Positions 8,885-18,627 of a stretch of 60,544 nt of DNA are shown piece after piece; position 1 is the first letter of the stretch, and every line of letters begins with the position of its first letter. Source of the DNA: Candidatus Uhrbacteria bacterium (GTDB lineage: Bacteria; Patescibacteriota; Patescibacteriia; UBA9934; GWF2-40-263). The notes under the pieces were generated by a model that was not told the origin of the DNA, made no database searches, and was given only the letters and a program-made list of their open reading frames with translations. The translations under genes and the position numbers were made by a program. The stretch covers positions 1-60,544 of the forward strand of contig JBAXQK010000005.1 of the NCBI GenBank assembly GCA_037131775.1. The letters are read 5' to 3'.

Positions 8885-9757
8885 ATGATCTCCCTCCTCA
8901 AAGGCGCCGTCGCCCTGCTTCCGCACGACCTTCCGCAATTCGTCTACACGAAGGTCCTCTCTCCCCGCCCGCTTCGATCCGCGACGAACGCCATTCTCCG
9001 GCGCATGATCCCCGAGCGAATCGCGCTTCCCACCGGCGAGACGCTTTGCCTGAACCAGGATGACGCGGTCGTCTCGGGCGCGCTGTCCCTTGGGATCTAC
9101 GAGCACGCGATGACGCGGACCTTTCTCGACCGGCTGCGCCCCGGGACGACCTTCGTCGACATCGGCGCGAACCTCGGGTATTACACGGTCCTCGCCTGCG
9201 GGAAGGTCGGACGGGTCGTTGCCTTCGAGCCGTCCGCCGAGAACGCCGCGCTCCTCCGAAGGAACGTCGAGGCGAACGACGCGAAGAACGTGACCGTCGT
9301 CCCGTCCGGCGTCGGCGACGCGGTCGAGACGCGCCGTCTCACGCTCGACGCGGACAACAAGGGCAAGCATTCGCTGATCGACGGGGACGGAAGAAGCGAG
9401 GACATCGCGATTACCACGCTCGACCGCGCGCTTTCCGACCTCGGCGTCGATCGCGTCGACCTGATCAAGATGGACATCGAGGGCTGGGAGGCCCACGCGT
9501 TCGCGGGCATGCAGGAGACGCTCCGCCGCGACCGTCCCGCGATCTTCTTCGAATACGCCCCGGCCCGCATCAGGCAGGCGGGCCGCGACCCGTTCGTGAT
9601 GCTCCGCTCCCTCGGAAAGCTAGGCTATGCCCTCTTCGTCATCGACGAGCGCACCGCGGAGCTCATTCCCGCGCAGGACGGAGACGCGCGGCTGCGACGG
9701 CTGAGAAAGACCGACGACTACGTGAATATCTTCGCCGAACCGGCGACGACCGCCTAA
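8885..9757 (+). CDS. FkbM-family methyltransferase
   Basis: In-frame ATG 8885 within track ORF 8354-9757. Motifs FVDIGANLGYYT and DLIKMDIEGWE. Confidence 0.8.
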   Translation: MISLLKGAVALLPHDLPQFVYTKVLSPRPLRSATNAILRRMIPERIALPTGETLCLNQDDAVVSGALSLGIYEHAMTRTFLDRLRPGTTFVDIGANLGYYTVLACGKVGRVVAFEPSAENAALLRRNVEANDAKNVTVVPSGVGDAVETRRLTLDADNKGKHSLIDGDGRSEDIAITTLDRALSDLGVDRVDLIKMDIEGWEAHAFAGMQETLRRDRPAIFFEYAPARIRQAGRDPFVMLRSLGKLGYALFVIDERTAELIPAQDGDARLRRLRKTDDYVNIFAEPATTA

Positions 9758-9768
9758 CCGCCAACCCT

Positions 9769-10002
9769 ATGCCAACCCCAGAAAAAACTCCCGCCCAGGA
9801 AATACGCGCGCGCGTCGTCGAGTTCCTCATCGCCGCGTTCGGCTTCGTGGCCGGCCTCGCCTGGAACGAGGCGGTCAAGGCGCTCATCGACTCCATCGTC
9901 CCGTTCGGCGCCGGCGGAGTCGTCGCTAAGTTCGCGTACGCGGTGATCGTCACGCTCATCCTTGCCGTGGCGTCGTGGCTGCTGCTGAGAAAGAAGCGAT
10001 AG
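9769..10002 (+). CDS. small two-helix membrane protein
   Basis: 77 aa with two hydrophobic segments (VVEFLIAAFGFVAGLAW and FAYAVIVTLILAVASWLLL) and a basic C-terminus. Confidence 0.6.
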   Translation: MPTPEKTPAQEIRARVVEFLIAAFGFVAGLAWNEAVKALIDSIVPFGAGGVVAKFAYAVIVTLILAVASWLLLRKKR

Positions 10003-10005
10003 CCT

Positions 10006-10698
10006 GTGCCACGCCCAATCACCACCCTGTTCCTGCTTGCCTCCGTCGACGGAAAGATCTCCACCGGCGACACAGACGCGATGGACTACGACCGCGACCT
10101 GAGGACGATCGCCGGCGTCCGAGAGGGACTGCCGCAGTATTACGATCTCGAGCGGCGGACCGACCTCGCGTCGCTGAACACGGGGAAGGTGATGGCCAAG
10201 ATCGGGGCAAATGAACGGACGGACGAGCCGACGCGCATACCGGTAACGTTCGTCATCGTCGACAACGAGCCGCATCTGACGGCGCGAGGCGTGGAGTATT
10301 TGTCGAAGTGGGTGGAGCGGCTCTACGTCGTGACGACAAATCCGTCCCATCCGTCCTACTCGTCCCAAGCGACCAACGTCACGACGATTCCCTGCGACAA
10401 ATACGTCGACTTCCCCGCCCTGTTCCAGCGTCTCGGCGAGGAGTATGGCATCGACCGCCTCACGATCCAATCCGGCGGCACGCTCAACGCGGCCCTCGTC
10501 CGCGCCGGCCTCGTCGACCATCTCTCGATCGTCCTCGCCCCGGTCCTCGTCGGCGGCAAGGACACGCCGTCGCTGATCGGGGGCGAATCGCTGCACGCGG
10601 TCGGGGAACTTGGGAAGGTGCGGGCATTGAGACTGGTCGCCGCGGACGTGCTGCAAGATTCGTATCTGCACCTTCGATACGACGTAAGAAACGACTAG
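10006..10698 (+). CDS. RibD C-terminal domain / DHFR-like reductase family protein
   Basis: LLASVDGKIS and IQSGGTLNAALVRAGLVDHLSIVLAPVLVGG match the RibD_C fold signature. GTG start. Confidence 0.7.
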   Translation: MPRPITTLFLLASVDGKISTGDTDAMDYDRDLRTIAGVREGLPQYYDLERRTDLASLNTGKVMAKIGANERTDEPTRIPVTFVIVDNEPHLTARGVEYLSKWVERLYVVTTNPSHPSYSSQATNVTTIPCDKYVDFPALFQRLGEEYGIDRLTIQSGGTLNAALVRAGLVDHLSIVLAPVLVGGKDTPSLIGGESLHAVGELGKVRALRLVAADVLQDSYLHLRYDVRND

Positions 10699-10741
10699 AC
10701 TTAAAACGCCGGCCTCGCGAGAGACCGGCGTTTTGTTCTCT

Positions 10742-11749
10742 CTAATTGATCTCAATGTCGATATGCTGGATCTCGGGGAACCTCTCCCTTACGTGCGTCT
10801 CGATCTCGTCGATGCGCTGGCCGATGAGCCTTGGGATGCGGTCGAGGGAGTCGATCATGGCGCGCTTGAACGACTCGACGCTTTCGGTCGCCTCCTCGAA
10901 CTGGTCGGCGACGCTCCAGTCCTCGAACAGCTCGCGGGCGAGGGCGGAGCCGTTGAACTCGACGTCGCACTTGATGCGGTAGATTCCGAGGCCGATCTCG
11001 GACGTGCGGAAGTCGAGCACCTTCTCGATGGACGGCTCCGCGTTCAGGATCTCGAGCACCTCCTCGCGCATGTCCTCCGGCATCGCCCGGCCGATCACGT
11101 ACGAGCGGTTCTTCAGGATGAGAACCACCGCGACGACGGCGAGGAGGGCGGCGATCACGAGCGAACCGACCGCGTCCCACCGTCCGTCCCCCGTCGCGAT
11201 GGCAAGCCCGATCGTGGCGGCCGCGACGAAGATGCCGAAGACCGCGACGCTGTCCTCGAGCAGGACGGCGAGCGTGGACGTGTCGGCGTGCCGGATCCGG
11301 TCGCGCCAGGAATGATCGGGGTACTGGAGCGCCAGCTCCCGCGCGGCAACGACGAACGCGTACGACTCGACGCATGCGGAAACGCCGAGAACGAGGAACA
11401 CGACGGGCTGGATCACGACCGTCTCGGGATGCAGGAACGCCTCGACTCCGCGGGCCGCGTTCACCCCGGCCCCGACGAAGAAGATGCCGCATGCCGAGAT
11501 GAGCCCGAAGAAGAACCGCTCGATCCCGTAGCCGTACGCGTGCTCCTCGTCGGCGCGCTTGAGCGAGCGCTTGAGCCCGATGAGAAGAAGCGCCTGGTTG
11601 AGGGTATCGGCGAGGCTGTGAACCGCCTCGGAGAACATCGCGCTCGATCCCGACGCGGCCGCGGCGATCGACTTGATGACGGTCACGACGACGTTTCCGA
11701 TGAGGGCGATGACGACGGGAAGGTAACCTTGGGTTTGGCCGTGCGACAT
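10742..11749 (-). CDS. cation diffusion facilitator (CDF) family metal efflux transporter
   Basis: Multiple TM helices, the FSEAVHSLADTLNQ motif and a C-terminal cytoplasmic domain. Internal ATG 11749 (MSHGQTQGY) is preferred over track start 11830. Confidence 0.8.
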   Translation of the reverse strand: MSHGQTQGYLPVVIALIGNVVVTVIKSIAAAASGSSAMFSEAVHSLADTLNQALLLIGLKRSLKRADEEHAYGYGIERFFFGLISACGIFFVGAGVNAARGVEAFLHPETVVIQPVVFLVLGVSACVESYAFVVAARELALQYPDHSWRDRIRHADTSTLAVLLEDSVAVFGIFVAAATIGLAIATGDGRWDAVGSLVIAALLAVVAVVLILKNRSYVIGRAMPEDMREEVLEILNAEPSIEKVLDFRTSEIGLGIYRIKCDVEFNGSALARELFEDWSVADQFEEATESVESFKRAMIDSLDRIPRLIGQRIDEIETHVRERFPEIQHIDIEIN

Positions 11750-11813
11750 AGAGATGAATTTCGGACATCCTATCACGAATGGCACGCTTCGCAAGAAAAG
11801 AAAAAGCGGCCGG

Positions 11814-12794
11814 TCAAGCGTTCTGCTCAACGGCCGCGAGCCGGCAGTCCATGTACTCGGTGGGCGTCATGTCCGTGCGGAGACCCTGGTACTCGATCAT
11901 CAGGTCGACGCCCCTCTCGATGACCTCCGTCGCGAGCCCCCTCGTTTCCGCGAACGCCTCGAGGACGCCGGGGCGGAGCAGGTCGAACCTCAGCAGGTCT
12001 TCCATCAGCTCGCGCCAGTCCTCGGCGTACTGGCAGACGAACGCGGTCAGCTCGGGCCGACCGATCCTCTGGCGCTTCGCGTGGTGGCAGGCCCACAGGT
12101 AGTGGCCGACGCTGAGGACGAACGAGGCGATGTCGTCGGAGTCCGCCTCGTCGTCGTCATTCTCCTCGCGGACCTCGTCGATGTGGTCCTCGATCGCGTC
12201 CCAGAGCAGCGCGGACGCGCCAACCACCACCTCCGGGTCGTCGACATGGTCGGACGCGAGCGGCTCGTCGCCGTCGTCGTCCTCCTCGGTCTCGTACTGC
12301 ATCGCCGTCTCAAACTCCTGGAGACGGTCGCAGACGAAGTCGAAGAGCGTATTTTCAAGATTTTCCTCGTCGTCGTCGCCGTCCCGTTGGCGGGCATCGC
12401 GCGCCGCCGGACCGGACTGAAGGTTCGCCCACTCAAGAAAGAGCGCGCGGAACCCGTCGATGAGCCGGACGTACGACTCGACGTCCTCGTACCGCATCCC
12501 GACGGCATGGGCCTGGGCGCAGAGCGAGATGCCGAGCAGGCTGTCGTCCGTATCCTCGGGAAACGCCGCCGCGAGCGCCGAGGCGACGGCGAACCACGCG
12601 TCCGTTCGCGCGATCCGTCTCGACGTCGACATCCGGCGGGACAGCCCGTCGAGCAGCAGCGACCAGTCCGACGGACCGACGCTCCCGTTCAGCAGGTAGC
12701 TTTCCTGGTTTAGCCACGCCGTGCGGTCGTCGTCCGTGGCAAGCCCCGGCTGCGCGGCGAGAAGCGTTCGAATGGCACTGAGTCGCTGTGACAT
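11814..12794 (-). CDS. hyper-acidic hypothetical protein
   Basis: 3' part of track ORF 11814-13256. GGGAG lies 6 nt before ATG 12794. Acidic runs DGDDDEENLEN, ETEEDDDGDEPLASDHVDDPE and EVREENDDDEADSDD. Confidence 0.6.
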   Translation of the reverse strand: MSQRLSAIRTLLAAQPGLATDDDRTAWLNQESYLLNGSVGPSDWSLLLDGLSRRMSTSRRIARTDAWFAVASALAAAFPEDTDDSLLGISLCAQAHAVGMRYEDVESYVRLIDGFRALFLEWANLQSGPAARDARQRDGDDDEENLENTLFDFVCDRLQEFETAMQYETEEDDDGDEPLASDHVDDPEVVVGASALLWDAIEDHIDEVREENDDDEADSDDIASFVLSVGHYLWACHHAKRQRIGRPELTAFVCQYAEDWRELMEDLLRFDLLRPGVLEAFAETRGLATEVIERGVDLMIEYQGLRTDMTPTEYMDCRLAAVEQNA

Positions 12795-12859
12795 GATTTC
12801 TCCCATACCGAACCTAGCAGGGCGCGGACGACGCGTCAACGGGCCGAAAAAAACGAGCC

Positions 12860-14050
12860 CTAGAGAGGACCCGCGTAGGCGACGGTATGCCAGACCCGGT
12901 GGTGGTGCGGCCGCGACGTCGGCGAGACACGGATGGGACTGACCGTGCCGTCCGGAAGACGGACCGGAAGCGACTTCCTCGTGAAGTCGATGGGCGGAAG
13001 AAGAAAGCACGGACGGTCCGCGGTCGCCGTTGCAACGAGGGCACGCGCGGACGACTCCTCGCCGTGCTCCGAGACCGTCCAGTGCCTCGTCTCGGCCGGC
13101 TGCGTCGTAAGAAAACGACGGGTCGATCGGATCCAGGCCGGGACGCGCTTGGTCGCGGCGACGTCGAGGGCACGGAGCACGTCGGCATCGTTCAGGTCCG
13201 GAATGGCCGTGACGTCGAGGTGGTCGTTCCGCGCCAGCCAGTCCAGCGTCTCGCACACGAGCAGCGAGTTGACCCGGTTGTACGGGTGCTCGTAGACGCC
13301 GACCGTCATCGCGTGCCTTTGCTCAAGGAACTCCTTGAGAACGAACGAGTCCTCCACGTCGATGGCCCCGTCGCGGACGGAACGGACCGACTGAAGGACA
13401 TGCCAGGCATATGCGCCGCCAAGCGGACGTCCGGCCGTGCGCGAGTCGTGCACGAGGTACGTCAGCGTGTCGCACAGGCTCTGCCGTATCCCGAAGTCTC
13501 CCTTTTCCTCGACGATGGCGATCACGCGTTCCGTGTCCACGTCGTACTCGGAAAAGATCGCCTGGATCTCGGCGTTTCCGCGAATGATCCGCCGTCCGGC
13601 TTCCTCATGGTCGGGGAGGCCGTGCCGGTGCAGGATCGGCTCGACGGTGTGGGAGAACGCGGGGTGGCCGATGTCGTGCAGGAGCGCCGCGACGGCGGCG
13701 TGGAGCGTCGCCGCCGGCGTGACCCCGTGGAGGGCGCAGAGCGACAGCGCCGTGGCGCACATCCGCTCGGAATGGTCACGCCGCGTGAACGGGTCGAGCG
13801 CCGTCGTGCCCGCCTCCTGCCCTCCGCAGAACGGGACCATCGTCCCGGGGACGCCGAGCGTTCCACGCTTGAGTCCAAGCTGACGAATTCCATCCAGGCG
13901 GGCGAACGCGAGCGTGGCCCGCAGGGCATGGAACACCTCGGCGTATTCGGCCCAGAATTCCGAGACGTGGCGGGTCGCCGTCGGGGACGCGGAAACGATG
14001 TCGAGCGCGCGTCGCTCGATCGAAGGAGGGGACGGGATCTTCTGTGTCAT
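12860..14050 (-). CDS. HD-domain metal-dependent phosphohydrolase
   Basis: 396 aa. HSERMC...LLHDIGHPAFSH...DHEE fits the H..HD..D signature. Own promoter TTGACC-17-TAGTGT and an SD. Confidence 0.8.
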   Translation of the reverse strand: MTQKIPSPPSIERRALDIVSASPTATRHVSEFWAEYAEVFHALRATLAFARLDGIRQLGLKRGTLGVPGTMVPFCGGQEAGTTALDPFTRRDHSERMCATALSLCALHGVTPAATLHAAVAALLHDIGHPAFSHTVEPILHRHGLPDHEEAGRRIIRGNAEIQAIFSEYDVDTERVIAIVEEKGDFGIRQSLCDTLTYLVHDSRTAGRPLGGAYAWHVLQSVRSVRDGAIDVEDSFVLKEFLEQRHAMTVGVYEHPYNRVNSLLVCETLDWLARNDHLDVTAIPDLNDADVLRALDVAATKRVPAWIRSTRRFLTTQPAETRHWTVSEHGEESSARALVATATADRPCFLLPPIDFTRKSLPVRLPDGTVSPIRVSPTSRPHHHRVWHTVAYAGPL

Positions 14051-14138
14051 GGTTCAACCTCATGGCCACACTACCGGCCGGCAGAACCGTGGTCAAAAGT
14101 GGGTGTGGATAACACGGTGGATAAAAAAATCCCCTTGG

Positions 14139-14996
14139 TCAGCGCGACCAGGGGAGCAGGTGGAACACCCAGAAGACGGAGATCACGAGGCCTGCCAGGA
14201 GAAGCGCCAGGACACCGCCCATCCATCCGGAGCCTTCGGACCGAACCGCCTGCTTGGGCGGTTCGACGGGGACGGAACTCAGCGAAGGAGCGACGACCGG
14301 CTCCTCCCCCTCGTCGCTCCCCTCCTCGCCGAACGCCTTCCAGACGTCCGCCGACGGGGCGACCGGAGTGCCGAGGCGTTCCGGCGGCGGAATGAGCGTC
14401 TGGTTGGAAACCGGAACGTCGGGAAGATCCTCGACGGACAGGATCGGCCTGCGCGCGGGACGGTATCGTTCGACGATCCTGGGCGCCGGCTGGTCCGGAA
14501 CCGGCTCGACCTCCGTCGTCACCGGGCCCTGCGACGCGAACTCCGCGCGATCGTGGTCCTTCCGCAGGACCGCCCGCGGCGAGAGAACCTCGTCGCCCGC
14601 GACCATCTTCGTCATCGGCGACGCGCGGGGCGCCGGCTCTGCCAGCGGGCCTCCCCACTGGCGCCCGAAGTCGACGACCGTCAGCGCGGAAACGGCCTTG
14701 TACAGGTAGAACGTCGTGTCGTCCGCGTCGAAGTGCGGGACGAACTTGCCGGGGAGCGTCACGCGCAGGAGCGGGGCGCCGTTGATCACGAGCGTCTCGT
14801 CGAGCTTGGCGTCGACGCTGGGGCCGAACGCGCGCCTGATGTCCGCGCGAAGCGCGTCCGTCATCTCCGTGCGGCCGATCCGCGGCCCGTAGTACCAGGT
14901 TTCCCGCGGGGCCGCCCCGTTCGCGACCGTGTTCCACCGGGACGCCTTGGCATCGCATGAATCCGTCCGCATCCATTGAAATCGTTGCTCTGGCAT
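14139..14996 (-). CDS. hypothetical protein with C-terminal transmembrane anchor
   Basis: 3' part of track ORF 14139-16442. GGAGG lies before ATG 14996. A Pro-rich linker is followed by GWMGGVLALLLAGLVISVFWVFHLL at the C-terminus. A hairpin plus T-run overlaps the stop. Confidence 0.6.
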   Translation of the reverse strand: MPEQRFQWMRTDSCDAKASRWNTVANGAAPRETWYYGPRIGRTEMTDALRADIRRAFGPSVDAKLDETLVINGAPLLRVTLPGKFVPHFDADDTTFYLYKAVSALTVVDFGRQWGGPLAEPAPRASPMTKMVAGDEVLSPRAVLRKDHDRAEFASQGPVTTEVEPVPDQPAPRIVERYRPARRPILSVEDLPDVPVSNQTLIPPPERLGTPVAPSADVWKAFGEEGSDEGEEPVVAPSLSSVPVEPPKQAVRSEGSGWMGGVLALLLAGLVISVFWVFHLLPWSR

Positions 14997-15101
14997 CGAA
15001 CCTCCGGCCGTATCTTGGCCAATTTTTGACATTTTGTCAATGCTTGGCGCTTGACGGTTCCCCTTGCGCGTGGTTTCATTCGGTTCCACACGGAGGAACG
15101 G

Positions 15102-15392
15102 ATGTCGACCGTCATGACCGGAAAATTTCCAAACGCGAGCGGGGAGCCCGTGACATTCGACCGGATGCCCGTCGAAGTGACGCGCGACGGACAGAGCCTG
15201 CACTTTCGCGTGGGCGGATGCGGCTACGGGTCGGTCGCCGTACGCGACGGCGCGGGACGCGGATCGTTCCACGCGCTCGCCGACCGCGAGTTCGTCTTCT
15301 CGCTCGAACCCGAGGGCGCCGGAACGCGCTATCGCATCCTCGACGGCCTTGCCCAGATCGCCACCGGAATGTTCTACGACCTCCCCCCGTGA
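15102..15392 (+). CDS. hypothetical protein
   Basis: GGAGG lies before ATG 15102, within track ORF 15051-15392. 96 aa with high GC3. Confidence 0.55.
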   Translation: MSTVMTGKFPNASGEPVTFDRMPVEVTRDGQSLHFRVGGCGYGSVAVRDGAGRGSFHALADREFVFSLEPEGAGTRYRILDGLAQIATGMFYDLPP

Positions 15393-15461
15393 TCCTCCGC
15401 GGTCGCTGGCGCCTTCTCCACAGGCGCTTTTTTGTTTTCTGTTGTACAATGTACCCATCCT

Positions 15462-16154
15462 ATGACTCCCTTCCTTTACGTTTCCCTCGCGCTCTTCGTC
15501 GTCTGGTGCGGCGTGTTCTTCCTCTCGAAGAAAACGCGCCAGGAACAGCTCATCATGAGCGTCATTGGGATCGTCCTTTCTCCGGGCGCGATCCTGATCG
15601 CGTCGCTCGACAACAACGCGTCGGGCGTATCCGTCGGCGGAACGATCGGCGTCGAGGATCTGCTGTTCGCCTTCTCCGTGTTCGGCCTCGCGTCGGTCAT
15701 CTACCAGGCCGCGCTCGGCAAGCATGCCAAGAAGCTGCGCGGCGACCGCATCTTCCTCTCGCACCCTGCCTCGCACTGGCTCGCCCACCTCGTGATCTCG
15801 CTCGGGATCTGGACATGCATCGCGCTTTCCCTCACGGTCGTTCTCGCCCTCACCGCCTCTCAGGCGGTGGTCGTGGGAGGACTCCTTGTCGGCACGTACG
15901 TCATCGCCGACCGCAAGGACCTCATGTTCAACGCGCTCCTGTCCGGCATCTTCATCTCCCTCCTCGTCTTCGCCGCCGAGCAGATCTTCTTCGTCCGCAT
16001 GTTCCCCGAGGCCGCCCCCGCCTTCTGGCAGGCGCGGCACCTGAGCGGTCTGATGCTCGGCGGAATCCCCGTGGAAGAGATCGTCTGGTCCGGAGTGGTC
16101 GGATTCGCCATCGGGCCGCTGTATGAGTACATGCGGGAAATCAAGCTGAAATAA
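15462..16154 (+). CDS. lycopene cyclase domain-containing membrane protein
   Basis: Polytopic membrane protein with two acidic motifs after helices (IGVEDLLF and IPVEEIVW), as in CrtYc/d-type cyclase domains. A -10 TACAAT lies 12 nt before ATG 15462, so the mRNA is leaderless or nearly so. Confidence 0.6.
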   Translation: MTPFLYVSLALFVVWCGVFFLSKKTRQEQLIMSVIGIVLSPGAILIASLDNNASGVSVGGTIGVEDLLFAFSVFGLASVIYQAALGKHAKKLRGDRIFLSHPASHWLAHLVISLGIWTCIALSLTVVLALTASQAVVVGGLLVGTYVIADRKDLMFNALLSGIFISLLVFAAEQIFFVRMFPEAAPAFWQARHLSGLMLGGIPVEEIVWSGVVGFAIGPLYEYMREIKLK

Positions 16155-16157
16155 GCT

Positions 16158-16550
16158 ATGCCAACCGACACGGAATTCTTCCAGGGACTGGCCACCACCG
16201 ACTGGTTCTCTCATACCGAGGGCCAGCTTTCGGTCGACGTGCTGGAGTCGGCAGGAGAAATCGTCGTACGCTCGGCCATCGCGGGAGTGGCGGCCGAGGA
16301 CCTCGACATCAGCGTTACCGTGGACACGGTGACCATCCGCGGCAAGCGGTCGCACGGATGCGCCGAGCAGAGGAACCAGACCGCGCATGTGACCGAATGC
16401 TACTGGGGCGCCTTTTCCCGCTCGGTCGTCCTTCCCTGCCACATCCGCCCGGAGGACGCGGACGCCACGCTCAAGAACGGCATCTTGACCGTCACGCTCA
16501 AAAAGGTTGAAATGCGATCGAGAGTCTCGGTGATTGAGCTCGACGAGTAA
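16158..16550 (+). CDS. Hsp20 / alpha-crystallin family small heat-shock protein
   Basis: 130 aa. DVLESAGEIVVRSAIAGV..DLDISV..DTVTIRGKR...F.RSVVLP..I....A.L.NGILTV.L.K is the alpha-crystallin domain pattern. Confidence 0.85.
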   Translation: MPTDTEFFQGLATTDWFSHTEGQLSVDVLESAGEIVVRSAIAGVAAEDLDISVTVDTVTIRGKRSHGCAEQRNQTAHVTECYWGAFSRSVVLPCHIRPEDADATLKNGILTVTLKKVEMRSRVSVIELDE

Positions 16551-16555
16551 GGCGT

Positions 16556-18436
16556 ATGAAAAAGATAACCGGCAAAACGAAGATCGCGATCATCGCGGTT
16601 TTTTGTTGCCTCCTCGCCTTCTTTGCCGTCGGCGGTTCGCTTGCCTGGGCCAGGCAGTTCGACGGTCGCATCGGGCCGAATACGTTCGTGGGGCCGGTTC
16701 GCGTGAGCGGGATGGATCCGGAGACGGCGCGGCAGGAGGTCCAGAAGAGGATCGACGGGTTCTTCGCGGAGGGCGTCCTCGTGACGGTAGACGGAAACAC
16801 AAAGGCCGTCCCGTTTTCGTCGCTCATGGGAAACGACGGCATGGAGATCGTTCGGTTCGACCTCGACAAGACGATCGTCGCGTCCGTGACGTCAAACCAT
16901 GACGCCAACGGGTTTTGGAACGCCGTTCGGCTGATCGAGGCGACCATGCGGCCGACGGCGATCCGCGCGGTCGTCAGCGGAAACGAGGACGCGATCCGTG
17001 GCGCGGTCCGCGAAACATTCACCGGAAAGGAGATGCCGGGAACGGACGCCGCTTTTTCGATCGCCAAGACGTCCGACGGATGGAAGGCGGACGTGATCGC
17101 GGGTACGCCGGGAGACGAGTTCGACTTCGCGCCGTTCCTTTCCGTTCTCATTGCCCGTCTCTCGAACCTCGACGACGCGCCCACGGAGCTCGCGATCGTA
17201 CACCGCGATCCGGAGGTGACGGAGGACGTCGCGCGAACGGAGACCGCAGCGGCCGCGGCGTCTTTGTCGCGCGCACCGTTCGTCCTGTCCGTTCCGTCGG
17301 ACGGGACGAAGGCCCCTGGGAATTCATGGAGCGTCTCCGCGGCCGACCTCGCCAAGATCATCAGGCCGGGGACAAACGGCCTAGAAATCGACCCCGTGGC
17401 GTTCGACGCGCAGCTCGACGAGATCGCGGCGGCCGTCGACGTCCCGGCGCAGAACGCGCGCTTCGCGCGGAAAAACGGGCGCGTCACCGAGTTCGCGACA
17501 TCCGCGACGGGACGCTCGCTGAACCGCGACCAGGCGCGGGCGGATTTCGTCGCCGCGCTCAATGGCGTCGAAACGACCGTCTTCCTTTCTTTCGTTGACG
17601 TCGAGCCGACCGTCACCTCCTCGGAGGGCAGCGACCTCGGCATCACCGACGCCCTCGGCACGGGAACGTCGAGCTTCAAGGGCTCGCCAAAGAACCGAAT
17701 GACCAACATCCAAAACGGCGTAAATCTCCTCAACGGCCTCCTGCTCGCCCCGGACGAGACCTTTTCCCTGCTGAACGCCCTCAAGCCGTTCGAAACGGAC
17801 AACGGATACCTTCCCGAGCTCGTCATCAAGGGCGACAAGATTCTCCCGGAGATCGCGGGCGGGCTATGCCAGATTGGAACGACCACGTTCCGGGCCGTCA
17901 TGAACGCCGGGCTCGAGGTCGTGGAGCGCTCGAACCATTCCCTGGTCGTCTCGTACTACAACGACCCGTCCAACAACAATCCGGGCACGGACGCGACCAT
18001 CTACGACCCCGCCCCGGACTTCAAGTTCAAGAACGACACCGGGCACTACGTCCTCTTCGAGGCGTCGATGGACGCGACCGCGCAGTCGCTCTCGTTCACG
18101 CTGTGGGGAACGAGCGACGGACGGAAGGGATCGTACACGCCGCCTGTCGTGAAGCGATGGATTGCCGCCGGCGACCCGGTCGAGACGGAGACGACGACGC
18201 TTGCGGTCGGAGAAAAAAAATGTCAGAACGTGCACGTCGGAGCGGACACGTCGTTCACGTACACGGTCGCGCATCCCGACGGAACGAGCGTCGACCGCGT
18301 CTTCGAATCGCACTACCGACCGCTTCCGCAAATCTGTCTTGTCGGCGTCGAGCAATTATCCACACCCGAAGACTTGCAACCTGTAGAGGACAGCGTATCA
18401 TCATTGATAACCACCGACGCGCCGGTAACGAACTAG
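16556..18436 (+). CDS. VanW-family protein with N-terminal membrane anchor
   Basis: 626 aa. The VanW core reads NGLLLAPDETFSLLNAL...GGLCQIGTTTFRAVMNAGLEVVERSNHS...YYN...GTDATIY. Confidence 0.85.
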   Translation: MKKITGKTKIAIIAVFCCLLAFFAVGGSLAWARQFDGRIGPNTFVGPVRVSGMDPETARQEVQKRIDGFFAEGVLVTVDGNTKAVPFSSLMGNDGMEIVRFDLDKTIVASVTSNHDANGFWNAVRLIEATMRPTAIRAVVSGNEDAIRGAVRETFTGKEMPGTDAAFSIAKTSDGWKADVIAGTPGDEFDFAPFLSVLIARLSNLDDAPTELAIVHRDPEVTEDVARTETAAAAASLSRAPFVLSVPSDGTKAPGNSWSVSAADLAKIIRPGTNGLEIDPVAFDAQLDEIAAAVDVPAQNARFARKNGRVTEFATSATGRSLNRDQARADFVAALNGVETTVFLSFVDVEPTVTSSEGSDLGITDALGTGTSSFKGSPKNRMTNIQNGVNLLNGLLLAPDETFSLLNALKPFETDNGYLPELVIKGDKILPEIAGGLCQIGTTTFRAVMNAGLEVVERSNHSLVVSYYNDPSNNNPGTDATIYDPAPDFKFKNDTGHYVLFEASMDATAQSLSFTLWGTSDGRKGSYTPPVVKRWIAAGDPVETETTTLAVGEKKCQNVHVGADTSFTYTVAHPDGTSVDRVFESHYRPLPQICLVGVEQLSTPEDLQPVEDSVSSLITTDAPVTN

Positions 18437-18461
18437 CGGGTCGGATGGAGGACCAACAAAA

Positions 18462-18621
18462 AGAAAATAAAAAAACGTCCGTTGCGCATTGTGATCTGCA
18501 GGCAAGAAATTTCAGTCGTGGAGAGATCTAGTCCGGAGACCAGATACTTCCATGAAATGAAATCCCATGCTTGTCGTGCCTGCAGGTAACACGGCGCAAC
18601 GGACGTTTCTCAATCGCTTGA
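18462..18621 (-). ncRNA. unclassified structured RNA (about 160 nt, rod-shaped)
   Basis: Own promoter. 5' hairpin with a GCGA tetraloop. 136-nt rod with a perfect 15-bp closing helix (18473-18487 / 18594-18608), a 9-bp helix (18496-18504 / 18577-18585) and a UCCG-capped apex (18534-18537), ending in a U-run. No SD-led ORF. Confidence 0.5.
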
Positions 18622-18627
18622 GGGAGA

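Noticed and set aside
14997-16442. 5' two-thirds of the 767-aa minus ORF 14139-16442.
   Set aside because: It is antisense to the lycopene-cyclase-domain and Hsp20 genes. Only the last 286 codons have an SD (GGAGG) and protein-like composition.
18473-18608. Possibility that the rod-shaped RNA is the SRP (4.5S) RNA, RNase P RNA or tmRNA.
   Set aside because: Neither strand shows the helix-8 pattern (GNAR tetraloop followed by GGAAGCAGC-like 3' strand). The apex is a UCCG loop. There is no tRNA-like 3' end. The gap is too short and lacks the GAGGAAAGUCC-type P4 element. Only a covariance-model scan can settle this.
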